DNA of 52,037 nucleotides from a virus (IMGVR_UViG_3300049856_000052:1-52037), one strand, 5' to 3'; shown: positions 19,011 to 26,710, counted from the first letter of the stretch. Numbers and translations: made by a program. The notes: generated by a model not told the origin, from the letters alone.

Positions 19011-19571
19011 TTACTTCTCGTCAGAACGGCGAGTGCGTTTCTTAGCTTCGATAGCAGCTTCGAGTTCTGCAATCTTAGCAGCGATGGAGATACCTTCGCT
19101 GAAGGCAGCAGCACGCTGTTCGGTAGTGAAATTAGGATTAGTAGAAGCTGCCGTATAAAGGGCAGTCATCTGCTTAACCATATCTTCACGCTCTTCACGG
19201 AGTTCCTTAGCAGTAACGCCACCCTTGACGGCACCACTGAGGATAGTGTCAACAACTTGGTCCCAGTTAACACTGTCAGCATCATAGAACTCCTGTTCAA
19301 GTTCCTTACCAGTCTCAGCATCAGCAACAACTCGCTTCTGCCAACCTGCGTCGCCGAGTGTGTAGTCAAGAGCAGCTTGACCATTAGCCTTCGCTGCACG
19401 AGCAAGGATGTCAACTGCCTCTTTCTTACCGAGGAAGTTAACATAGTCTGCAAGGTTCTCTTCAGTAGGAACAAACGCAAGGTAGAGTTGACCTCGCGCG
19501 GCACCACGGATGATAGTTTGAGGAACTGCTTCAAAAGCAACTCCATTACGTTCGCGAACAATTGTATTCAT
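19011..19571 (-). CDS. Hypothetical protein with C-terminal coiled coil
   Basis: A-rich leader; first gene after the sigma54 motif at 19700. Confidence 0.75.
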   Translation of the reverse strand: MNTIVRERNGVAFEAVPQTIIRGAARGQLYLAFVPTEENLADYVNFLGKKEAVDILARAAKANGQAALDYTLGDAGWQKRVVADAETGKELEQEFYDADSVNWDQVVDTILSGAVKGGVTAKELREEREDMVKQMTALYTAASTNPNFTTEQRAAAFSEGISIAAKIAELEAAIEAKKRTRRSDEK

Positions 19572-19699
19572 GTTGTTTGTTTTTCTATTTAGTTCTTGTT
19601 AGATAGAGATAGACAGAAACACTCTGTATATTTTACTAGCGAGAATTGCTAAACTACTAATTAAGGACTAAGGTTGAAAGAATAAGGACAAGTCTCTCT

Positions 19700-19716
19700 A
19701 GCAGGACTCATGCCAA
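19700..19716 (-). promoter_or_regulatory. sigma54 (-24/-12) promoter
   Basis: Minus strand TTGGCATGAGTCCTGCT (GG-N10-GC); intergenic. Confidence 0.75.
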
Positions 19717-19729
19717 AGGATTTAATAGG

Positions 19730-19909
19730 TTAGTCTTGCAACTTAATGCAAGAGCTAAACTTAGAATTCTTGGGGAACCATTCCCCAATGTTAGAAGAAT
19801 CATTCTTGTCATGCACTACTAAATAGTGTGTTGATGATTCTTTGATGATGGTTCCTGTGAAGGATTGTGATTTACCATCAGGACGACTAATAAGGATTGA
19901 GGCTTTCAT
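19730..19909 (-). CDS. 59-aa hypothetical protein (not in ORF track)
   Basis: [12 protein letters not shown]...CIKLQD; ATGA overlap with the ligase stop. Confidence 0.6.
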   Translation of the reverse strand: MKASILISRPDGKSQSFTGTIIKESSTHYLVVHDKNDSSNIGEWFPKNSKFSSCIKLQD

Positions 19910-20481
19910 TTTGTTTTCTTTGGTTTTACTAATAGTCGCTGACTTCCAAAGTCACGAGTCTTGATTTTTACCATTCGCCCATCAGGATGATGCCAGACGA
20001 TGCCTTCGATATCTTTGCCACTTAGATACAACTTGAGTTCATCATAAGAGCGTGGCGCATCATTCAGAACTTCGCACCCGTGAGCAATAAGTGTGTGTGT
20101 TGGTATGCCTTCTGGATTGCCTTGGATTTTTGGTCCGATGAGTTCATATGTCCCATCGGGCAAGTTTCCTCCAACCACATTCCACGCCTCACGATGCCAT
20201 TGGTCACTAGAATCATCTCCGACAAGCAGCCATCCGGGGTGATGACCAGTTACAAAGTCAGGTTCTTGTGCGGCCTCAAATCCGATTGGTGGTGTCTTTC
20301 CTTTTTTTGCGTCGTATCGCTTCCACAGTTTTCCATCCCGAATCATACAACACGTTCCATCATACTTGCGTGTAGCGACACCTTCACCGGCTGCCACCCA
20401 TTCAGCACCCGGCATGATTTCATTTCTTACAAGGCGGCTGCCTTCGTAGTTTCGTTGATACAGACTAATTATTTTTTTCAT
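19906..20481 (-). CDS. ATP-dependent RNA ligase-like protein (RLIG1/DUF5565-like)
   Basis: Motif [17 protein letters not shown], motif IV EGIVW and motif V KIK. Confidence 0.75.
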   Translation of the reverse strand: MKKIISLYQRNYEGSRLVRNEIMPGAEWVAAGEGVATRKYDGTCCMIRDGKLWKRYDAKKGKTPPIGFEAAQEPDFVTGHHPGWLLVGDDSSDQWHREAWNVVGGNLPDGTYELIGPKIQGNPEGIPTHTLIAHGCEVLNDAPRSYDELKLYLSGKDIEGIVWHHPDGRMVKIKTRDFGSQRLLVKPKKTK

Positions 20482-20668
20482 ACCTGGCCGTCGCTTTTTC
20501 CTGTAATACTAAAGCTTTCACTGGGTAAATCTGGACAGAACCAGATTCATATTCTGATTCTACACAATAACCTTCTGGAGTCAGCTTTGTTGAATAAGTC
20601 CCAACAACTGTCCCTCGCCAGTTTGCGCCTGTTATTTTACGAACTTTATCACCAAGTTTGAATAGCAT
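20465..20668 (-). CDS. dfrB: Type II (R67/DfrB-like) dihydrofolate reductase homologue
   Basis: F.LGD.VRK..GA.W.G..VG.Y.T.LTPEGY.VESE...[10 protein letters not shown] aligns without gaps to the R67 core. Confidence 0.88.
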   Translation of the reverse strand: MLFKLGDKVRKITGANWRGTVVGTYSTKLTPEGYCVESEYESGSVQIYPVKALVLQEKATARYEKNN

Positions 20669-20700
20669 AAGCTAAATGCTCATTTGGTTTTTTAGTTAAC

Positions 20701-21045
20701 TCACTTAATCTCAATTCCAAGTGACTCGATTTTATTTTTCAGCTCAGTAAGTTCTGCTTGGATTTTGTTCTTCTCAGAGTATTCAGCTAGCCAACGAGTT
20801 GTTGTTAGTGCGTTCTCAGAGGTCAACTTAGTGATTGCGTCATGCGGTGCGATTAGGAAGTCATCCTGAACAACTTCAAAAGACAAGCGTTTATCTACTT
20901 CGGCGGCGATCCACTTGATGTCTTTTCCATAGCCTTCAGAAGTTACAAGTTTTGCGGAAGACAAGGCTCTAAGTAGCACTCCTGAGTCTTGGTCAACGTC
21001 GATAATTACGAAATGTGAGTAAGGAACTTCGAGTTTGATTTTCAT
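20701..21045 (-). CDS. Hypothetical protein
   Basis: Coupled ORF. Confidence 0.65.
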   Translation of the reverse strand: MKIKLEVPYSHFVIIDVDQDSGVLLRALSSAKLVTSEGYGKDIKWIAAEVDKRLSFEVVQDDFLIAPHDAITKLTSENALTTTRWLAEYSEKNKIQAELTELKNKIESLGIEIK

Positions 21046-21389
21046 GGTTTTGTTTTTTGGTTAATGGTGAGGAGAAAGGCTTCTGCGCGTTGGGCTGCGG
21101 TGGCATTAACTAAGAAGTAAATGCGCATCCATTTATCGTCAGATGGTAATGTTGGGTCGTAATGAAGTGGATGCACATTTACTAAGTTTGCTACATAAGC
21201 ACGACGCTGTGCGTTTGTTAAACTATTCTCCGCCTCGTGCATTGCGTTCAGGTCGTTGAGGTAGTTGGGCGGAGAATAACAAACTTGCATTACTTCTGGA
21301 TGACACCAGTAGGCATCTCCATGCTCTTGTGTTTTGTGAGTCCATCCACACGCTTCTGCTATCGCGATTCGTTTTTGTTCAGGGGTCAT
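21042..21389 (-). CDS. Phage protein, ABA-sandwich-like
   Basis: IAEACGW...PNYLNDLNAMHEAE...ATAAQRAEAFL, a pattern common in phage early proteins. Confidence 0.6.
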   Translation of the reverse strand: MTPEQKRIAIAEACGWTHKTQEHGDAYWCHPEVMQVCYSPPNYLNDLNAMHEAENSLTNAQRRAYVANLVNVHPLHYDPTLPSDDKWMRIYFLVNATAAQRAEAFLLTINQKTKP

Positions 21390-21421
21390 AAGTTATTGAA
21401 TTGAAAGGTTGAGTGTTGTTG

Positions 21422-21598
21422 TTAACATGCGTTATGTTTACTAACAGTGTCCCAGCCTAAACTAGACCAAGACTCATAATTTCGTCCAAATCTAAAAATT
21501 CTACCTAATTTAAGTGATTGGCCTTTGTAAGGCCTCCAAACTTTTTTACCTTTAATCAGGAATTGAACATGAATGTTGTCTATTCTATATGGTTTCAT
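21422..21598 (-). CDS. Small basic hypothetical protein
   Basis: Start moved to the ATG at 21598, just after the tRNA-like element. Confidence 0.5.
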   Translation of the reverse strand: MKPYRIDNIHVQFLIKGKKVWRPYKGQSLKLGRIFRFGRNYESWSSLGWDTVSKHNAC

Positions 21599-21606
21599 AA
21601 AAAGGT

Positions 21607-21721
21607 TGAGCGCGGCAGGATTTGAACCTGCACGTCGGGTTCTTCCTCGGTGGTAGCTTTCGCACTCCGAATAGACCGACACGTTATTAAGTCATGCGTC
21701 TTTACATTCCGCCACGCGCTC
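21607..21721 (-). tRNA. tRNA-Leu-like RNA (possible UAA anticodon) with a very long variable arm; atypical or pseudo-tRNA
   Basis: Acceptor GAGCGCG/CGCGCTC plus discriminator A, D-arm GCGGAATGTAAAGACGC, perfect T-arm GCAGG-TTCAAAT-CCTGC; 115 nt. Confidence 0.7.
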
Positions 21722-21851
21722 ATAAATTAAGTTTCACCAGTTCGCTCCGCTGGTGAGCCGGAAGCTTTAAGACAGCCAACTTTGCTTTAACGACATTTTT
21801 GTAGCTCATAACTAGTATTGCTGTTTCTTTTGTCGTATGCTTGCGAGGCAT
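21720..21851 (-). CDS. 43-aa hypothetical protein (not in ORF track)
   Basis: MPRKHTTKE...LVKLNL; fills the gap between two structured elements. Confidence 0.35.
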   Translation of the reverse strand: MPRKHTTKETAILVMSYKNVVKAKLAVLKLPAHQRSELVKLNL

Positions 21852-21857
21852 ATTGAA

Positions 21858-21969
21858 TTATCCCGCCGCGAGAGTGTCCTGACATGACTCAGTGACGCTT
21901 GCCGACATCTTCGACTGTGATGTCTTGCTGTGCTCTTTCGCGCTTTCGGCCAGCACAGGCACGGGATAA
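21858..21969 (-). ncRNA. Candidate structured RNA element
   Basis: GC-rich non-coding block closed by TTATCCCG/CGGGATAA, with inner GACATC/GATGTC and CTGTGCT/AGCACAG stems. Confidence 0.45.
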
Positions 21970-21992
21970 ATTGTTAAAATCATTTACTCTGC

Positions 21993-22199
21993 TTACATAC
22001 TAAGTTGACTTATCATTTTAAGAGCAAAAGTAAAAGCCTCATTTTTATCTATAAAGATTTTTGTTTCTGGTTTGTAAGGAACTTTTCTATAAATACAACC
22101 AGCTTCAATCTCATAGTCAAAGTAAGTGACTAAGTAACCCCAACCATCTTGATTTTGGACTCTTTCGATGATTATCTTATAGCAAGAACAATATCCCAT
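21993..22199 (-). CDS. Hypothetical protein
   Basis: 68-aa ORF. Confidence 0.5.
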   Translation of the reverse strand: MGYCSCYKIIIERVQNQDGWGYLVTYFDYEIEAGCIYRKVPYKPETKIFIDKNEAFTFALKMISQLSM

Positions 22200-22239
22200 A
22201 TTTTAATCGAGGGTGTAAATAGAATTATTAAAATTGAAT

Positions 22240-22372
22240 TCTCTCTCCGTTACTCGACAGGAGCAGTAATTAGTGCTTTGTGCCCGAATGACTCAATGTT
22301 GTTTAGACGTTGACTTATTTTCACAAAGCAGGATTTGCAAGACGAACCTTTTTCTAATTACCCGGAGAGAGA
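22240..22372 (-). ncRNA. Candidate structured RNA element
   Basis: Three nested perfect stems: 22240-49/22363-72, 22266-73/22354-61 and 22274-82/22322-30. Confidence 0.55.
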
Positions 22373-22456
22373 TTAAAGAACAACCAAGAGAAAGTAAAGC
22401 GCGGCGCAAATGAATAAGCAGCCGAGGAAATCAAGGATTAGTGTTTTTGAGTTCAT
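22373..22456 (-). CDS. 27-aa single-pass membrane microprotein (not in ORF track)
   Basis: MNSKTLILDFLGCLFICAALYFLLVVL; sits exactly between two stem elements. Confidence 0.5.
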   Translation of the reverse strand: MNSKTLILDFLGCLFICAALYFLLVVL

Positions 22457-22511
22457 ATTAGTAAGATGGTTCCATAGAAAGTAGTAGAACTGCCAGACAC
22501 ATGAATTTTTG

Positions 22512-22528
22512 CTGGCATGGATATTGCA
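22512..22528 (+). promoter_or_regulatory. sigma54 (-24/-12) motif, antisense to the early arm
   Basis: CTGGCATGGATATTGCA in non-coding DNA. Confidence 0.55.
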
Positions 22529-22684
22529 AGTCTCCACTCTATCTTATGCTCTACTACTCTCTAGGGAACCTCCATCTGTCACATGGAAGCTCTTTGGTTT
22601 TTCGGTTCCTAATTAGGAACTGGCCAGTTACGGTAAAGGACTACTGAAAGCTAGGCAAAACAAATGTTTTGCTCTAGTTGCATT

Positions 22685-22981
22685 TTATGGAATTGGACGA
22701 AGATGTTGTGGAATATTTTTTAAGAATTCGCTAAGGATTTCATACTGAATCCCTAGTTCTGCATTTTCTTCGTCGGAATTAGCCCAAATGAACAAAAATG
22801 CGGCACATTCTTTACAAGAAAGAATTGCTGCATAACTTTTTTCCATTGAGAGGCTTCCACTTGTGTCAACGATTGTGAGTTTCCAGTTGCCAGAATTAAG
22901 CCAAACAAGAGTAAACTCTTGGTCAGATTGTTGCGCATGGAGACTCGCTTCTCCGTTAGGTAGTGTTAGTATTGTTTGCAT
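22685..22981 (-). CDS. Hypothetical protein (start uncertain)
   Basis: ORF downstream of the sigma54 motif at 23099; ATG at 22981 preferred. Confidence 0.55.
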   Translation of the reverse strand: MQTILTLPNGEASLHAQQSDQEFTLVWLNSGNWKLTIVDTSGSLSMEKSYAAILSCKECAAFLFIWANSDEENAELGIQYEILSEFLKNIPQHLRPIP

Positions 22982-23098
22982 AGCTTTCAATAGTCCCTTC
23001 CTACTGACTCGCCCCTTTTCGTCCGGCGGCACAGTGCATAGATAGTTGTTCCGTGTTTACAACTTATCAATTAGGAAGACTTAGGACTTCCTGCATCT

Positions 23099-23115
23099 AG
23101 CAATTTCTGTGCCAC
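23099..23115 (-). promoter_or_regulatory. sigma54 (-24/-12) promoter
   Basis: Minus strand GTGGCACAGAAATTGCT, matching consensus TGGCAC-N5-TTGCW. Confidence 0.8.
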
Positions 23116-23323
23116 TGCTTATTTAGGGCTTGCTTAAATTTTAAGCAATTATAGACAGTCCTCTTGTTAGTTAGATTGAATTGATTGACGTGTTGGAAAT
23201 AAATTCCTGATGGATTAACCATAGCCAATGCTGGCCAGCGATTAACTCAATCAACTCAATCTAAGTAACTGTTTTTTTGATAGATGGAAGCTATACACAC
23301 TTTTGTGTATAGTGAAAACCGGA

Positions 23324-23920
23324 TTATCCTTTCCAATTGTAGGCTTTTAGTGCTAATTCTTTTAGGGGCAGACTAGCAGCAACATAAGCAGCAACATAAG
23401 CAGCATAATAAGCAACAACATAAGCAGCATTATTAGTAGCATAATAAGCAGCATAATAAGCATTATTAGTAGCATAATAAGCAGCATAATAAGCAGTAGC
23501 AGCTTTAAGGCTTCTATCTTTTCCACTTATCCAATTATCTGCCCATGTTTGCCATTGTTCATCTTTATAAACTTCTTTTGCGCAAATAATTCCAAAATAT
23601 ATTTTCTGTAAGTCTGTATATTCTGGAAGTTCTATTTTTCGAAGAGTTGTCAATTTTAGACATCCAAATTTCAGGTTATAGTTACTGATAATGTTACTGC
23701 CATCTGCTATTGCTTCCCATAGAATTGGAGATTTGAATTGAGCATGAGTTGGATTCAAAAGGACTGCCAAATACTTGTCATCATAAAAATGAAGACAAGT
23801 ATTTGAGCAAAGAGCTATTGTTTCATCTTCTTTCAATTGAATCTCATTTGTTATCCCTTCACCCCACTGCATACCATTAAAGGATTGTCCTTTTTCATCT
23901 GTTAGTTTGAAGCATTTCAT
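23324..23920 (-). CDS. Hypothetical phage protein with Ala/Tyr low-complexity repeats
   Basis: KLTD...QWGEG...LCS..CLHFY N-terminal domain; (AAYY)n tandem repeats at about 23380-23500. Confidence 0.7.
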   Translation of the reverse strand: MKCFKLTDEKGQSFNGMQWGEGITNEIQLKEDETIALCSNTCLHFYDDKYLAVLLNPTHAQFKSPILWEAIADGSNIISNYNLKFGCLKLTTLRKIELPEYTDLQKIYFGIICAKEVYKDEQWQTWADNWISGKDRSLKAATAYYAAYYATNNAYYAAYYATNNAAYVVAYYAAYVAAYVAASLPLKELALKAYNWKG

Positions 23921-24122
23921 AATCGAAGATAGGTTTTGAATTTTGTGGACAGCTTCCAACTATCAAATAAAAGTTCTCTTGTTGGCTAAATGCTAGGCAC
24001 ACTTTTGTGCTTAGTTTGTAAATGAAGTGAGGTCGTTGGTTCCTATTTTCCTATAAAGAGGAAAATTAGCTCAACAGTTAGGGACATACAGTTTATTTCA
24101 CTGTCTTACCCTCTCACTAAAT

Positions 24123-24320
24123 TTAGTTCGCTCCAAAAAGGATGTCAAATTTGAGTCCGTTTTCTGTGAACATTTGCCAATGTTGCCAAGGACAATTGCT
24201 TACAGGACTGACATAGATTTGATGTCCTTTGTAGATTGCAAAGATTAGATGTTTATGCATAGCATCTAACCAACAAGGGACTGTGCTACAAGCTGGATTC
24301 GAGTGTAGTCTTTTGCACAT
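24123..24320 (-). CDS. Hypothetical protein
   Basis: 65-aa ORF. Confidence 0.4.
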   Translation of the reverse strand: MCKRLHSNPACSTVPCWLDAMHKHLIFAIYKGHQIYVSPVSNCPWQHWQMFTENGLKFDILFGAN

Positions 24321-24498
24321 TAGTCTTTTGCTACGCCGCTACAATGCCATTGTAATCCTTTCGGCGTGCTAATGGGAGACATGATGAAACTGATACGGAA
24401 AGACACATTGCTTTCACGCTATAGGTTATGATTAGAGAATCAGCCAATAGAGTTTCATATATTTATGAGAACAAAGATTGAACATAGTGCCGCGCTAC

Positions 24499-25122
24499 TT
24501 ACTTGCTGACTTCGGCTTGCTTGCTGATTTCAGTAGTCAAGCGTTCCAAAGTCTTCTGTTCAAGCGCAAGTCGCTTTTCAAGCTTGGCGACGCGTTCAAA
24601 CGTAGCTTCAGACCAAGTTGAACGTTGTTCGTTCAACTTCGCCAAACAACGCTCAGTTTCGCCAATGAACAAAACAATCCCAAACTTGCGCTCTTTCAAG
24701 GCAATGACTTCATCGCGTTGAATAGTGTGCCGCAAGATAACGTCTTGCTTTTTAGCTAAGTGAACGAAACGAGTGCTAACTTTGACGAGTTCATCGGGCG
24801 ACGCTTTGAACTTGTCGAAAGCGGCACCAATGTATTCGTCAACGGCGACGCATACCTTGTTGTAAATGTCTTCTGGCAAGCGCGAAGATTCTGGCAAGAT
24901 GTTGCCTTGTTCATCACGCTTGGCGAAGACACTAGGATATGCGTTCCGCACCGATGCACACACTGAAGAAACAAGCTTAAGCCTGTTCAAAGTGTGCGCA
25001 CTCGTTGTCAAACCATTGATTCCAAGTTTACGCTCGGCGGCCTTACTGACTGCCATCGCATAATCGAAGGATTCAATAGGTTGCGTCGTTTGTGCGTTCA
25101 GTGTTGCGTTTTGATTGCTCAT
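24499..25122 (-). CDS. Hypothetical protein, first large gene of the leftward arm
   Basis: ORF with a C-terminal coiled coil; ATG at 25122 preferred; enclosed by a 23-bp inverted repeat. Confidence 0.75.
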   Translation of the reverse strand: MSNQNATLNAQTTQPIESFDYAMAVSKAAERKLGINGLTTSAHTLNRLKLVSSVCASVRNAYPSVFAKRDEQGNILPESSRLPEDIYNKVCVAVDEYIGAAFDKFKASPDELVKVSTRFVHLAKKQDVILRHTIQRDEVIALKERKFGIVLFIGETERCLAKLNEQRSTWSEATFERVAKLEKRLALEQKTLERLTTEISKQAEVSK

Positions 25123-25348
25123 AGTGTCTATCTTCTGAGTGTTGATACGTGGACACACTTATTGCGTGCCTTATTCGTTCAATTCTCAAAAGATTGGACA
25201 CTATGCTCAATCTTTGTTCTCTAGTAGGCTATTCACGCGGGGCGAACATCCAGCGTCTAAAGAGACGGCGAACTCGCGACATCCGGCCTACCGTTTAAGT
25301 TGATCGCCTACCACGCACCTGCGCTTCTATCGGCGATGCCATACCTAT

Positions 25349-25365
25349 AGCAGAGTCAGTGCCAA
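25349..25365 (-). promoter_or_regulatory. sigma54 (-24/-12) promoter
   Basis: Minus strand TTGGCACTGACTCTGCT at the head of the leftward arm. Confidence 0.75.
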
Positions 25366-25412
25366 TCTAAAAATTCTCTTTAACTTGCTCCAGCTCAACA
25401 CTTTACCCCTTT

Positions 25413-25429
25413 TGCATATTCCATGCCAA
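25413..25429 (-). promoter_or_regulatory. sigma54 (-24/-12) promoter, tandem
   Basis: Minus strand TTGGCATGGAATATGCA, 64 bp upstream of the previous motif. Confidence 0.65.
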
Positions 25430-25449
25430 TTACCTCCTATGCGTGATTT

Positions 25450-25514
25450 TAACTCGTTGACTATCAACGACTTACACACTTTCCATCCATAACTCGTTGT
25501 CATTCAATAAGTTG
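25450..25514. promoter_or_regulatory. Cluster of IHF-like sites
   Basis: TATCAACGACTTA (25462-25474) fits WATCAANNNNTTR; near matches at 25450-25462 (minus strand) and 25502-25514. Confidence 0.5.
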
Positions 25515-26056
25515 TATTTCACTCCTTTTGCGTGAACTCCACGCTTATTAGTCGCACTCATTAAGCACTCCTAATCATTAGAAATGCCCGCTCCTAATGC
25601 TCCACTATTAGCGCGACTAATACTTTACTTATTTTCTAGTTTTGGTATGTTAATTGTTTGAAAGAGGATTAGCACCCGGCAAAAAGTTCCTAGTTGTAAA
25701 ATCGTGCGTAGTGCGAGTTAGTAGGATATAATATATTTAGATATAACTAAGAAATATTCTTCTAATTAAAATTATTAGGTTAATCTAACATTATTAGACT
25801 CCTTTTACACTATTAGACTCGTCTAACATTATTTCGCCCCACTAACATACAAGTCCCGTAATAGTCGCCCCACGTCACCATTCCCAACTAGGCAAAAATT
25901 GCCCGTTGCTAATCATGAGTATGTTGCTTAGGATACTTATGATTGAGAGCTTATCTAGTGTGCTATTGGTTAAGGGTAGCATGCTAACTTAGGGTATACC
26001 CCGAAATGAGATTGCGCGTTTACACAGAACCACTCCGATTTTTTTATTTTTTATCA

Positions 26057-26138
26057 AAAAATCCAAAATTCCCAAACACTAAATTCCTGAAACCCTGATA
26101 CACTAAATCCCTAAACTCTAAGCTACCCACTAAATTCT
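26057..26138 (+). repeat. Degenerate short tandem repeats (AAAYYCY-like, 7-9 nt)
   Basis: aaaatcc aaaattccc aaacact aaattcctg aaaccctg atacact aaatccct aaactct ... aaattct. Confidence 0.6.
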
Positions 26139-26155
26139 TTGGCACAAAACTTGCT
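26139..26155 (+). promoter_or_regulatory. sigma54 (-24/-12) promoter of the packaging/head operon
   Basis: TTGGCACAAAACTTGCT, perfect consensus, upstream of the terminase genes. Confidence 0.88.
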
Positions 26156-26270
26156 CTTCGAGGGTTATGCTAGAACTAAACTGGAAAGATAAACTTAGCT
26201 CAGAAGCTTGGAGCATGTGCGTGGAGTGTTCGATGTATATGCTGCTTCAGAAGGGCTGAACTGAGAACTT

Positions 26271-26708
26271 ATGAACGCTCGCCAACAATTCATCGCCGCC
26301 GCCGGGGAAAGTATTAAGGTTGCTTATGAAGTGCTCAATCTCACCGTTCCTCAAATAGCGGAGCAGCAAGAGCTTTCAGAAGGCGAAGTTAAATCTATTC
26401 TCTGGGCAGTTTCCATGAAGTTCAAAAAAGACTTTGGCGGCGCAGTTCAGGAAGAAGATGAAATTACTCAACTCTACACTGATTTAGCACGTTGTTCTCC
26501 AGTGGATGCAGTTCGCGAAAAAGCTCTTCGCTTCTTAATGAATGAGAAGCGCGGCAGAAATGATATTCCGCTCGAATTACTCAAACTTAAAAAGCGTTCG
26601 CAAGCAGTAGAAGAAGTTGATTTGTCCATGCGCTTATCTCAATTCAATGCTGAAATTGAAAAAGTAAGAGCGAATTTAGAAATTGAAATGACTCCTCAAA
26701 TTAGCTAA
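26271..26708 (+). CDS. Probable terminase small subunit
   Basis: N-terminal HTH-like segment (TVPQIAEQQELSEGEVKSIL); immediately upstream of terL. Confidence 0.55.
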   Translation: MNARQQFIAAAGESIKVAYEVLNLTVPQIAEQQELSEGEVKSILWAVSMKFKKDFGGAVQEEDEITQLYTDLARCSPVDAVREKALRFLMNEKRGRNDIPLELLKLKKRSQAVEEVDLSMRLSQFNAEIEKVRANLEIEMTPQIS

Positions 26709-26710
26709 TC

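Noticed and set aside
19734-19753. TCTTGCA-N6-TGCAAGA as an enhancer site for the 19700 promoter
   Set aside because: It lies inside the 19730-19909 ORF, too close to the promoter, and is not repeated at the other promoters.
23380-23500. AAY-rich repeats as a DGR template/variable region or mini-CRISPR
   Set aside because: These are simple in-frame Ala/Tyr tandem repeats. There is no reverse transcriptase, no second copy and no unique spacers.
23994-24011. AGGCAC...TGC as another sigma54 promoter (similar near-hits at about 11062 and 9265)
   Set aside because: GG-to-GC spacing is 11-12 nt rather than the strict 10.
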